Source: Neolecta irregularis DAH-3
Lineage: Eukaryota
Length of the DNA stretch: 37,909 bases
Direction of reading: 5' to 3'
NCBI GenBank assembly: GCA_001929475.1
Contig: LXFE01004413.1
Span: 1-37,909 of the forward strand
The translations under genes were made by a program, and so were the position numbers. The notes beneath the pieces are model-generated. The model made no database searches and had not been told where the DNA came from. It was given only the letters and a program-made list of their open reading frames with translations. Shown one piece after another: positions 1 through 12,919 of this stretch. Position 1 is the stretch's first letter; the number at the start of each line of letters is the position of its first letter.

Positions 1-379
1 GGAGGGTCTCCGGCGGGCGGGCGGGCGGGCAGGTGGTCTTTTTTGACAATTTATATAGCTGCAATACAATATTCACTAAATAACCAAAACTGCTAATATG
101 AAATGATTTCTATCTGGCCATTTCTTTCGTTGGTGAAGTAAGCTGCACATGGAAGAAACTACCAAATGGCCAAACAACCTAACAGCCTGCCAGAGCACTC
201 TCCAGGTGGGTGGTTTGGATCTCTTGCTGAAGGCGGGAGGCATAAAAATCCATCCGCCCATTAGGCCGGCAGAGAGGCTCCGGCAGGCGGACGGTTCAGA
301 TTTCTCCTGCAGGAGGGCGGCATACTAATCCGCCTACCTGCCCGCCAGAGGCCCGCCAGGCGTGTTGGTGGACACATTG
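1..379. mobile_element. Probable end of a DNA transposon/MITE remnant (hAT-like), truncated by the window start
   Basis: GC-rich subterminal motifs (ctccggcgggcgggcgg at 8-24, ctccggcaggcggacgg near 278-294, inverted acctgcccgcc at 336-346) end in ...ggtggacacattg, i.e. CAATGTGTCCACC on the minus strand, which resembles a CA-starting TIR. No partner TIR or transposase in the window. Confidence 0.4.
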
Positions 380-694
380 GATTTTTAGTGTTGATGCAAC
401 TTGGTGTCTCGCCATATTGTAAGCATTGGAGAATATAAGCTAAATGTAGAAGAAAAGATGAGCTAGGCGACTGAGAGAAGGATAATAGTAATCTGGTAGT
501 CAGTTCCAATCAATGCCATCATAATTGTCATCATCACTAAGTTCAGGACCAGGGGTTGATATATCAATATCAATCTCACTGAGTGATATTGAAGGTGTCT
601 GGTCTTGATAAATTGAAATAAAATACCTTGGATGAAGTTATCAATTTTGCCAACTACAGGTATAGATTTTTGATCTCAAGCAATATAAATAGCC

Positions 695-1787
695 TTACAG
701 TATTTCGTCCTCGTGGAATACTGTAACCCCCCACGCAGGATTAACGAGTCGCTTCGTTTTCTATGATCAGCTTGTTTCGAATAATATCATTCATACAGTT
801 TTGTGCAAATTGTCCAATATTTCCATATCCACGCTATTAAGCTTCACTATTTCCAAATTTGAGATCACTCGATCTAGAGAAACGCTTTTTGGAATAACGC
901 TCTGGATATAAGGCAACCTTCCCAAATAAGGGTTTACCCATTCATGCTGAATATTCCAGTTAATCAAGACATTTGCTGACGTAACCTTATTACTTTCGGC
1001 TATCGGAATGATGACAGGATCATCAAGGAGACTGGCGCCTTGTCCACCGAGAGGAGAGTAGGACATTTGGTGTATTTTGCGTGATTTGCAGTACGCATCG
1101 AGTTTAAACTGAGGCAGGTAAGGGTGTCGTTCGACTTGGTTGACTGCTGGTTGGATTTTCGCTGATTTCAACAAAATTTCAAGGTTATCAATCGAAAAGT
1201 TTGCTACTCCTATCGATTTCGCCTAAATTTGGTCATTGTTTGGAACAAATCAAACCGGACTTTTCCTGACTTGATCAGGCTTTCCATTAATGACCAAGTC
1301 TTTGTAAAATCCCAATCTTTCTGGATATCTCGGCTTCCATCCGATCGAACGGGGATTAAAGGATCAGAACCGTTGGGATTTAAAGCGACTTTAGAGATCA
1401 GATAGACGAAAAACATGAAAACAGACTTGGCCAATGCATGAGATAAAGATCGACGTAATCCAATCCGAGGTTCTTCAGTGACAAATCAATCGCTTCTTCA
1501 ATTCTGGAATGGTATGAGCACCATCTGCCAAATCAATCAATCGAGTGCAAACACTGATACAGTTTTGTAGTAACGAAAATATCCTCTCTCATAACTCCAC
1601 TCTCTTTAATACCTTTCCCTACCGCGACCTCATTCTTGTACATGAAGGCAGCATCAATATGTCTGCATCCTGCCTGTAGGGCGGTCTTCACAGCGACTTG
1701 TACTTCGTCATCCGAAGATAACCAGGTTCCCAGGCCAATAGCCGGAATATCCTTGCCATTGTTGAGGAGAAAGGATTTGGCAGACAT
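695..1787 (-). CDS. Aldo-keto reductase (Gcy1/Ypr1-like, NADPH-dependent), 5 introns
   Basis: IPAIGLGTW, RHIDAAFMYKNE, FVTTKLW, YLMHWP, KSIGVANF, PAVNQVERHPYLPQ, YSPLG, VIPKS. Spliced C-terminus RLVNPAWGVTVFHEDEIL*. Confidence 0.93.
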
Positions 1788-3046
1788 TTGGCAAAGGGTA
1801 GTTTGAGCGGCAATTGATGGAATTATATCTTGGCGTTAAGAATAAATAAGAATTCAAAGACAAGGGAGGGAGTAGAATGCTAAACGCTGGGATGGTTTAT
1901 CAGTCAATACACAAACTACACGTATGAAAATAGTACCAAGTTCTATCAAATTCAAAATTCAATTCTTAGGCGGACTGCTACTACTCCAAATCTCCAACGC
2001 GTTTGAAAATCCACATATCAGTATAATTGGGTATATTACTTTTCGCAGAATGAACGTAACGAGCCCAAACATAATTACATGTTACGGAGGTTTAAAAACA
2101 AGATCCAACTGCTATGGCCAAATCGCCCCGGCATTCTAGCAGAGTGGTAAAAGGAAGTAGGTGATGACGTAAGAAGAAAAGGTTGTGAAAATCTTGACGT
2201 TCTCTTTCGAAAGATAAGACAATATCTTGGAATAACCCTAAGCAAGCGCCCATATTGCTTTGTATTATTGAACTAACAACCAAGAATGTGAGCTAGTAAG
2301 ACCTAATTGAGCATGCGGTTTTCTTTACTTCCAATCGATGGATGGTTCGAGTCCCAGCACCCGTTGCATCAAGCTCGTCGTGGGGTGAACATAATTATGT
2401 TCTGTGCCTCATTACTGCTCGGTTACATCATCTCTCAGGAATCTAATTTCTAAAAGAAATTTCTTCTTGTATTCAGGCTCCTGAGACCTGTCACGAAGAC
2501 AAAATATTGTTCTAACAGAGACATTTGGATGTAAATCTCATCAGCGAGTTTGACTTGAGATATGTAACCCAAGCCCGTTGTGTTCCATTATTTCATGCAG
2601 ACAGCATGGATAAAATTTCACTATCGGCCGAACAAGTCCATGTGATTGTGGGAAGACACTAATTCTCTACCATTATCATCATGAGGCTAACGACATTTCG
2701 TTTGTTAATCCTGACACGTTATTTGGCGTAGATAGCAAGCCTGTTTTCGCTATAAATTGCTCTTTCGCCGTCAGATTCTCCCATTATGGATCACATCCTG
2801 CATGATGTTAAGAAATTTGCGTCGCATATTATCCATCCCAAACGTCGGTATGTCCATCTTTTCTGAGAAATCTCCATGGAGCATTTGAGGCGTAAGAAGC
2901 CAAACTTCCAAAGGAAGGTGAAATATCTTAGAATCGTTATTCGCATCTAAACGGTGTACTTTTATCACTCTAGAGGGCCTTTCTCAAATACAGTTGACAC
3001 AAAAAAGCCAATCAACCATTTGTTCTTGGTCACTAATTTTAGGCTA

Positions 3047-6000
3047 ATGAAGATGTACAAATCAAACTCCAGGTCTTTCCAGCCTCTCTTTCTTTAATAT
3101 TCATGGAGCTCTAAACTGAGGATGGATATAGACACGATGAATCTGCCCAGGTAATGGACGACGAAATTCGAGAAGAAATTAAAGCCCAAACTCGATTTGG
3201 TAGCTTTGCTTCTACCCGGGAAGGGAATTGCGTAAAATGGTTCGTGGATGGTAATTGTTAAGGAGTCCCAAAACACAGCTTATTGGGAATTAGCGAAGGA
3301 TTACTTTTATGCCGCATCAGTTGCTATCGAAGAGGCGCAGGAAAGCATTTATATCCTCGATTGGTGGTTGTCTCCAGAACTCGTACAGTCCCTCGATCTT
3401 GGCATTCATTGATTTATACAGTACCTCCGAAGGCCACCGTCTCAGTCTTATAAATGGCGTCTTGATCGACTTCTTAAGCAAAAAGCAGAACAAGGCATCA
3501 AGATAAAGGTTATAGTTTACAAAGAAGTACATGCCAACATCTCTTTGATCTCATGCCTCAGGTCACCCAAGCATTGACGCTTTCTTCTGCATATACAAAA
3601 CATGCTTTAGAAGCCTTGCATCCGAACATCGCGGTTATGAGAGTATTTTCTCATATCTTAGGGATTATGTTCTTACACTAGCATCCCGATCATAACCCTC
3701 TGGGTGAAGGACTTCCTGGAGCTGAAGTCACGCTCTACTGGGCCCATCACGAGAAACTCCTTCTTATTGATAACAGGACTGCATTCATCGGTGGTTTGGA
3801 TCTTTCCTTCGGTCGCTGGGATACTCGATCTCATTCCCTTGCCGATGTATACCCAGATGATGTAGCGAAGGAGATTTGGCCAGGTCAAGGTAATTTCCCA
3901 AGGAGTTCTATTAGGTGAAAATAGATTATAACAATGCTCGGATAATGGACTTTGAAAAAGTCGACCATTGGGAACAAAATCAACTCGAAAAAAAAGTCTT
4001 CGCACGAATGCCATGGCATGATGTTCACCAATGTGTTCAGGGACCTGTGGTTGCTGATCTCAATCGTCATTTCATTGAGCGATGGAATTTCATCTATAAC
4101 GAGAAGTATAAAGAAAAGAATGATGGCGGACGTTATTCGATGTTGAACTTCATGGATACAGCAACGATCAGACAAGAGTTGGGTCGAATGAGATGTCAAA
4201 TTGTTAGAAGTGCGGTAATTTTGTTTTTTGAGGGGCAATCTAATATCAAGTCGGATTGGTCTCATGGCATAGAGAAGGAATACTCAATTCAGAATGCGTA
4301 TTGCGAACTCATTCGGAAGGCACACCACTTTATCTACATTGAAAACCAGTTCTTTAGTGCGATTTGCAAAATTTGCATTCTTTGACATCTAGTTACCTCG
4401 ACGGGGGAGGAAGGAACTCCAGTCAAAAATCAAATTGGGGCTGCCATTGTTGAGCGAGTGGCTCGTGCAGCTCGTGAAGGAACCCGATTTCGGATCATCA
4501 TTTGTGTTCCTTGCATTCCCGGGTTTGCAGGAGACCTTCAGGCTGAAGGGTCCAAGGGAACACGGTACAGCTTGGATCTTTTTTGTTTCTGATGAATAGT
4601 ACGATCCTGGGGTATCAATATAATTCAATCTGTCGAGGAGGTCGCTCAATTTTTGAAGCGCTCCAAAATCTAGGGATTAATGCAAATCAGTACATATTCT
4701 TCCATAATCTGCGGTCATACGATCGTATAAATGCCGGTGATCAACTTCTACAAATGGAAAGAGACTCTGGTATGCGCTATACACAAGCCCAAATGGCCTT
4801 TGCCCAAGAAATGATGGGAGAACAAGGTGTTACAATGGGTCGTGGTTTCAAAAATGAGTCCAAAGGTCGAGTGGAAAGTCAACAACAATTCAACAGGAGT
4901 AACAGGCGAGAGAATGTAGATAGCGAGCGATTGAGAAATTTCGAAAATTGTCAACAATCTGGCTACCCACAGGGAAGCTCGGGAGTATCTGCATATTCGA
5001 ACACCGGAATACCGTCTCAATACGGAGGATCTTCGATCAGGGAAGCTGTCAAAGATTCATATGAATCACCTCGACCGTGCCCTGAACAGGACCGAGAGAC
5101 CAGAACTGCAGACATGGTTGACAATCGACGAATAACGCGCGGAGAATCATCATACGAAGGGGATTCTCAAATTAGAAGTGGATATGGCCGAGATGAAACC
5201 TCTTGGGCGGAAAATACATATCAGCCAAGACAGCAATATGAATCCCAGATTTCTGGAGAGATGGACAGAGAATATCAAGGCGAACTTCGTAGTTATGATC
5301 CAGGTCCTAGAGCCCGAATACCTTACGGTGAAGACGAGGAGAACTACCTCAGCCGAAATAGAGCTGAGAAATATGGAGACTCTCAAGAATACGGTCGCAA
5401 CCCCCAAGAAGCCAGAAGAGGCGAACGCTTTGAATTAAATCCTTCTCTTGAACAATTCGAAGGCTTGGCATATCGTCAAAGACAACAATTCGAAGAGTCT
5501 GACAACCCCCAGAGGTCTTATCCTCAAAGGCAAGAACTGGAAGGATCGTCGTACAGTCGACAGTATGACAGGCCTTCCTACAGCCCTGATGAATCGCGCT
5601 ATACACTCGCTGACGAAAGATATACAAGTGACGGCCTTTCTCAAGATTACGATAATATGCTTACTCCCGGTTGCGACAATGGAGGTCGGCTTCAAAGAAA
5701 TGAAGGCCCATACGGCTATCAAGCTTCTTATCAATCTTGCTCTGGCGCGCAACCATCTTATCAACGAGACGATGTACGACCTCAAGTTTTATCATCTCAG
5801 CAGCAACCCGAGACCTGGAGTGACCAGCAAACTCGATTTCATGAGAAAGGATTTAGAAGCTACGATGATCCTGCGGGAATTCGTAAAAGGTATCAGCAAG
5901 CTTGGCGTCGAGACGGGGAAAACAACGTTCGAGGAACAATTGCCGATAATGCTTTAGTAGGCGGTGATATTAGGTCCGAAGCCTGGGAAGGAGATCGAGC

Positions 6001-6770
6001 TAGTGAAACGGCCAATTTTGTTACGGAAGAACTTTATATCCATTCCAAGGTTTGATTGGACTTGGAATAAGGTGTGCTAACTGCATAGTTGATGATTATT
6101 GATGATCGAATCGTTATCTGTGGCAGCGCTAACATCAATGACCGATCTCAGGTCGGGAATCATGATAGCGAAATTGCAATGATTGTCGAAGATCAAGACT
6201 ATTTCGAAAGTCGAATGGACGGCCAGAGTGTATCTTTTTAATTCGCTTCCCTGTTCTGATTCTCTAGTATCAGGCATCGCGATATGCAGCTACCCTGCGT
6301 CGACAAATATTCCGGGAGCATCTCGGTCTTCTCCCGCCCGCGGACCTTGCGGAAATTACAGAGAATATGGAGCCTCTTCCAGTTCAAAATATTTATAACT
6401 TTGACTCCAAGGAGGATGGTATCGTCATAGATCCTCTAAGCGATAATTTCTTAAACTTTTGGTCGCAAACTTCTCGAAGAAACACTCAGGTCTTTTCTGA
6501 AATATTTAGATGTGTCCCTGCTGCAAGCGGTGAGTATCTGAGGTATCTTGATTTGACTGATTTAAAGTGGAATCCTGGGATGACTATGATAAATTTATTT
6601 TCAGTAAAGATATCAAGACCGGCCATACTGCCAATATCTCAGTTGACGTCAAGAATAAACTTGGTGATGTTCGAGGTCATTTGGTTGATATGCCATTGAA
6701 TTTCCTCGCAAAGGTTAAATTAGTCGAGGAAGGTCTGGTCGACTTTGCCACTGAGGAGATATACTTGTGA
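3047..6770 (+). CDS. Phospholipase D with two HKD motifs and no evident PX/PH domains, ~12 introns; 5' end uncertain and may extend to ~2876
   Basis: [20 protein letters not shown]1 [43 protein letters not shown]2 [27 protein letters not shown]. Confidence 0.93.
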
Positions 6771-7355
6771 TGTTCTGATATGGTTGAGCGATAGTATCGT
6801 TATTTCGAGTCTACGAGAATCCTAGCTCTTAAATTTGGAGGAAGGTGAATATATACAGCAGCAATATAAAGTTTCGTTAGATCAAAATAGCTAGAGCTTT
6901 ATCCAACGCAAATCCCAAAACGAATTGATTGTCTCGAAACCGTCGTGACAGTTTCAGGATTTCCATTGCAATACGATAAATTGAAATGGAAAAAGATTGA
7001 AGACTGGTCAATATCTATTGCAAAACCAAGAATGGAAGGAAATGGGCTATTCGTAAGGATTAACAGATCTGGTATGCGACGACAGAGGCACGATATTCAA
7101 CAAATCAACAAGATGGTATAATTATCTAGAAGTGTTTTCAACAGTAAAACCTGAACTTGGGATTTACAGCTCGCTGCAGATATGGTCATATGAACTGTCC
7201 ATGAACATGTCGATCGGACTAAACAGTATCAGGAACCGACATCGTCGAAATAATTTTTTTCATAAAAATACAGACAACGCCATACAAGAGAAAAAACAAG
7301 ACAAGATCTAACCCAACCAAAATGAGACGAGAGGAGTGTATTATAAGATGAGGCT

Positions 7356-8162
7356 TTATACTTGATGGGAAGCGTCAGGTAACTATAGTTGCTATCAGGA
7401 ACAGGACTATAAAGAAGGAGAAGTAGTACTTGAGGAGCGATAGGTGGTTGTTGAGAAGCAAACATTTTACTCATGGCGATACCTACACCTTCGAACACGG
7501 CAAGTAAACACGCACATCCAATAGCTGAATTTCGCGCACTTCTCATTCCGCCTATCTCGTTAATCTTTTATTTCTTTGTAGCGGGAAGTGATTGCATACC
7601 TCGAATAGCCAGACTCCCTCCTGTGAAAAACCCCGCGATAATAGCCTGTGAGATATTAATAAATTTTGTTGATTCATTTTGGGGAAAGGGGCAAGGGTAG
7701 TACGCATACGTTCCATGGATCTTCCTTCTTCCGTATGCCTTTTACAGCACAATCAAACGTCGAGAATAAACCTCCCCAGACGCCAAAGTTTCCCCCCAAG
7801 ACAGGCGCACGCGCTTTTACAGCCATGATCGCTCCAATTCTCCTCTCACCCTGCCCGGGAATTAAACAAGGTAGAAAAAAATAAGAGCCAAGATACCATT
7901 GGTGAATTTCGGAATCCTTTTATTGAATGCCATATTGCGCCGCCCTATGAATCGGTAAATAAATCGTAAGGGTGATCCGGTATGTACGATTGCACCCATA
8001 CTAAATGCTCTATTTGCGGTTAATTTATTATACTGTCCAAACAGAATATACCCCCCGAAATCATTTAAAATCACCCAAGGACTACCACTGTTAATAATTT
8101 CCAATGCTATAAAGAAGGAGGAAATCTAACCAGGGATCGCGGGTATGATCTGAATACGACAT
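7356..8162 (-). CDS. TIM17: Mitochondrial inner membrane translocase subunit Tim17, 7 introns
   Basis: Spliced: [30 protein letters not shown]...[46 protein letters not shown]. Confidence 0.96.
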
Positions 8163-8968
8163 GTTCGTGCACTGGCTGGTACGATTTTTTGGAGTGGAGA
8201 AAGTTTCTCGATGACTGTGGTGGTGATTTTTTTGGAGACGCAGGCGGCCACAATCAAAAAGAAAAGATTGAAGCCCCGATTTTATTTCAAGGCTGTATTT
8301 TTTTATCCAGTGATTTTTATGTTTAGAGATTTACAGTGCACGGGTATATAGAGGAATATCTGGAAAACCTGGATGGCGTTTATTTCTGACTCATGACTAT
8401 CATTTATGAATAAAAGTAAAAGCAAATGTCTTTTAGAATAAAGAACGGACATAAGGCAACTGTTTATTTCTCTTGCGATGATTTAACCAGTGTTGCGGAT
8501 GGACCATGGACTTGTCGCAAGTAACATGGAAACACGCATTTCTTCATTTTCCTGTTACAGCAACAAACCTCATCTCCTCCCTCACCTCTACCCTCTATTA
8601 GTATCGAAATAAAGTTCAGTGATGTAAACTTGACCATGTGGGAAATAGAAAGAATATTGATGTTAAGACGACACTACTTGAAAAATAGAAAGAAAAATGT
8701 AAAACAATCAATCAATTAAATTCAAAATCAAAATCTTGTTCAATCATACGAGGAAGTGGAATACTGATATATAGAAATACTCGAGACAGAAAGGGGTATT
8801 AAATGAATTGAGATAGGAGGCGACGTCACTGTTGGCAATGGGCCTATGGACTTTTTGTAACGATGTGTGTATTTTAATAAAGAAAATGGGGATGGACGAC
8901 TGTCCTAAATACCTACGAAGACCCAACATACATGAAGAAATGGGTGCTTCCGTGCTACTCGCGACACG

Positions 8969-9049
8969 CTGATCGCCTAATCCTACGTAGTCGTCTATAC
9001 ACTAATCGCTAGTCGTCTAATTAATCGCTAATCGCTAATCGCTAATCGC
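8969..9049. repeat. TAATCGC heptamer array (4 perfect copies at 9022-9049 plus degenerate copies) abutting the GPD1 stop codon
   Basis: Seen directly: ttaatcgctaatcgctaatcgctaatcgcc, with upstream variants tgatcgc and tagtcgtc. Confidence 0.9.
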
Positions 9050-10270
9050 CTAATTCCCACACACAATGCGGCTCGCCGAAACGCCCTCGTACACGATGCG
9101 GTACACCACGCAAAACAGCGGAAACTCGTCCTGCTTGCCCTGCTTCTGCAGAAACGCGTAGACGTCCTTGCAGGTGTCGGTGCCCTGCAGTTTCTGCCCG
9201 TTGAGCATTTCCTCTTCCAGCTCCGCCATGCTCTGCCAGTCAGATCGCCGCCCGCCCGCCGGAGCCGCCTCACCTTGCCCGTCCGCACAAACGCCTCTGC
9301 GCACTTGCGGTTGCGCCCGCCCGCGCACGACGTGATCAGATCCGCAACCCCGCAGCTCTGGCTCATGATCGTCTCCCCCTCAAACTGCCCTGCGAAAAAC
9401 ATCTCGCCGAACTTGCGCATCTCCACCAGCCCGCGCCGCATGATCGCCGCTTTCGCATTGTCGCCCCAGCCCAGCCCGTCAATAAACCCCGCCGCCACCG
9501 CAACGATGTTCTTCAGCGCCCCGCCCAGACACACGCCCGCAACATCAGTGCACATCTGCACGTGGAACGACTCCCGGTGAAACAGCTTTCGCATGTCCTC
9601 GCTGCAAAGCTGCCCGCCCCCGGCCTTTTCGTCATACGCAATCGTAACCTCGCTAAACTTGTCCGACGCCACTTCAGACGCAATATTCGCCCCAGACAAC
9701 GCCCCGCACGGAATCCCAAGAATGCCGGAAATCACATCCGGGAAGAAAATACACGACTCGGCGCTTACTTTGACCCCCTTGATGCACGAAATCCCGCGCG
9801 CTTGCGGATTCACAAACGCTTTCATCGAATGACAAATTCGTTCAATAAACTGAGCATCTGTCAGCCACCGTCCAGCAGACATATACATCCCTGATGAGGC
9901 ATATTAAATATCAATATAGTAGCATCTCGCACTGCGTTCCCAATCTCTGGCTCTGCAATAATGTTCTCGGGTAACTTGATCCCAGGCAAATATCTACAAT
10001 CATGTAAACAACATTCCGTCCTTTTGACTCACTTGATATTTTCGTGGGTTTGGTTTATTATCCAAGACAATTTTTCCTGGCCTACGAGTTCTTCGTGCAC
10101 CCACATTCGTACTATTCTATCAAACACACGAGGATGCGCAACGGTATTTTGAGCCACTATTCTGGCGATCGCCGAGCCCCTACATCATATTTAGGATCGG
10201 ATTAACCAACTGAGTACCAATTTCCCGAGCCGATCACTGCTACTCGATGTTTAATCTCGTTTGTAGACAT
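9050..10270 (-). CDS. GPD1: NAD-dependent glycerol-3-phosphate dehydrogenase, several introns
   Basis: [85 protein letters not shown]. Confidence 0.96.
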
Positions 10271-10410
10271 TTTGTCTTGATTTGGATGCGCCCTGCAGAA
10301 ATATAAAGTACTTGGGTAGTCAAGTTGAAGATTCGTTCAAGTACTTGTGGATTAAAACGAGGACAGGACAGAGGATGCTTCAACAGTGGCAGTGTGGGAA
10401 GTGGGGAACA

Positions 10411-10467
10411 TCACCACGATTTGAGTATTCATCACGATTTGAGTATTCACCACGATTTGAGTATTCA
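10411..10467. repeat. 3 x 18-bp tandem repeat (CACGATTTGAGTATTCAY) in the divergent GPD1/BPL1 promoter
   Basis: Units start at 10415, 10433 and 10451. Confidence 0.9.
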
Positions 10468-10731
10468 ATCCGTTAATTTTAATACATTGCATATACAATA
10501 TTCCGCTTTAGATGTTTCATATCAAGTAATTTCGAGGAAATACATCGCTGATACTAGATACGCCATAAAGAACTAGACTTTCAACACGTCGTACAAATCC
10601 ACCATCAACTAATGTGATTCTTGCAATGTACCGTAAACCCTTTTAGAATACAAACATTAGATTTCTATTAAGGTTTTTAGATATTTTTAAACTGTCTTGG
10701 TCTCATAGACGCCACTTGCTGTCGACCCATC

Positions 10732-12806
10732 ATGAATATCCTCGTATACACAGGTTATAGTTCACACATCAACTACCGATCTAAAGTTTCTAGGTCTCGG
10801 AGCTTCAACCGCCGCTGTACACCATCTCTTTTCAACTCTACGTCCTCTTCTTCCTACATATGCCATAAAACCGGTCAACGCAGATATCATTCTGAACGAA
10901 CCTTGGCAGTCCTCAGCGTCCCTTTTAATCTTCCCCGGCGGACGAGATCAACCCTTTGCATCAGCATTACAAGGCCAAGCGAATCGTCTTATCAAGGATT
11001 ACGTCAACGGTGGAGGAAATTTTCTGGGATTATGCGCAGGTGGATACTACGGATGCTCCGCAATCGAATTCGAAGTCGATAATCCCGCCTATCGAGTTGT
11101 TGAAAAACGCGAGCTGGGCTTTTTCAAGGGAATTTGTAGGGGTGGTGCATTCCATGGATTCAAATACGACGATGAAAGTGGGGTGAAAGCTGCAAATGTA
11201 TCGAGTTACTTTAATGGAAAAGAGGAATTATCTACAATTTATTGGAATGGAGGGGGAGTTTTCGTTGATGCGGCTTCGATCGATGGAGTCGTTGTTTTAG
11301 CGAAATATCTCGATTCCATTGATGTTGAAGGCGGCAACGCTGCTGTTGTAAAAATAAATGTAGGAAATGGAACTGTTATCTTATCCGGTCTGCATCCAGA
11401 GCACATCTTCCCTTGTCAAATATTTCTAATCGTTCAGGTTTCAAGGAAGAAATTTGACACAGAATGCCGAACTAGACGGTCACAAAGAGATAATTGCACA
11501 GCTCATCGAGGCTGATACTTCAAGGGATCGATTCATGAGGAATATCCTCGCCCAATTCAGTCTGAGAGTCTCGCATTTAACGGCTGTGTTACCGCCCATC
11601 TCACCCATATACCTCGCCTCTACGTATGAAAATTTGACAACAGCTATTGTCAACAGATTCAAGCAACAAAGCGATCAAAAATTCGAGATTCACGATAAGA
11701 ATGACAAATTTGTCTTGTGTGAACAAGACTTGTTTAATATGACAGAACTCACATCGACTCTTCCAGACCAAGACCTCAACGATATACCAAAACAACTTAT
11801 TCCTGCTTTTAAATATCCAGATATACCTGGTTTCAGCCTACCGCTATATTTTCACGCGCTCAAGAATTTACAACGACCAGGACAAACATTTGGACAGACT
11901 GTCTTATATTCAAATATCGTCTCATCGACACAAACTATCCTGGAAAAGTATACAACTCTTGCCGTTCAGAAAACTAACTTTAGAAATAAAAAATTTTGTT
12001 CCCTGTTTGACTCGGGAACACCATTTATAGCGTCCCATCAACTTTTGGGTCGCGGACGCGGAACAAATGCTTGGGTATCACCGCCTGGCGTTTTAGCACA
12101 ATCATTCATCCTGCATCACGACCCCTCCAAGGCCTCAATTGTCCCTATACAATACCTTGTTTCCCTCGCAATGGTTGAATCTATTCTGTTTCAAAAAGAT
12201 GATTATGATGTACGCTTGAAATGGCCAAACGACATCTATGCAGCCAATGGCAGAGAGTACACTAAAATCGGCGGTGTCCTCGTAAACGCTAACTTTAACG
12301 GAAAATTGTTCGAGTTGGTCATTGGTTTACCCGCTCTATCAACAGACAATTGACATCTAGGTTGCGGAACTAACGTCTACAAGAATGAGGGACTCTATAG
12401 TCTCAATAGCTTGCTTCAATCACATAACGAAAAGCGGACTCGAATGGGAAAAGAAGAGTACCCTGAATATCAGATTGAAACGCTATTGGCGAGATTTTTT
12501 ACCATTTTTGAAGAAATGTACGAAATCTTCATTACCAAGGGTTCCTTTCAGTTATTCCAGCAACAATATTATCGACGCTGGTTACACTCGTATCTCTCTT
12601 TCTCAAAATAATTTACTTGACGCACTAGGGGACAACTAGTCTCTGTCGAAGGAGTCCGAGCTGAAATTCTTGGAATTACTGACGACGGGCTTTTGAGTTG
12701 CGAGGAAGTTGATGAAACTTCAAGACGAATTGGGCGCAAGTGGGCTTTACAGCCTGACGGGAATAGTTTCGATATGCTCAAGGGTTTAATTCGACGGAAA
12801 ATGTAA
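10732..12806 (+). CDS. BPL1: Biotin-protein ligase (BPL_N plus BPL catalytic domain), includes a GC-AG intron
   Basis: MNILVYTG, LLIFPGG, GGNFLGLCAGGYYG, SGLHPE, QLLGRGRGTNAWVSPPG, RLKWPNDIY, KIGGVLVN, QPDGNSFDMLKGLI. Confidence 0.95.
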
Positions 12807-12919
12807 ATTCATATACATTGCAACATACAAGTGTTTCATGCTTATTTTTAATATACAAAGCAAAACTACGAGGAGCCAGCCTCGGTTGCTCTTCTTCCCA
12901 CCAGTCCATCCCTAAACAT

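Noticed and set aside
2137..2354. A-box-like TAGCAGAGTGG and B-box-like GGTTCGAGTCC suggesting a tRNA or SINE
   Set aside because: They are ~200 bp apart, the T-stem does not pair and there is no acceptor-stem complement. At most an isolated TFIIIC site.
9022..9049. TAATCGC/TTAGCGA as a telomere repeat
   Set aside because: Internal position, only four copies, and no G-run typical of telomeres.
9248..9264. 17-bp match between the GPD1 last intron (minus strand) and the repeat at 8-24
   Set aside because: Low-complexity (GGGC)n sequence; a chance match is plausible.
9275..9894. Plus-strand ORFs overlapping GPD1
   Set aside because: Antisense shadow ORFs caused by high GC content.
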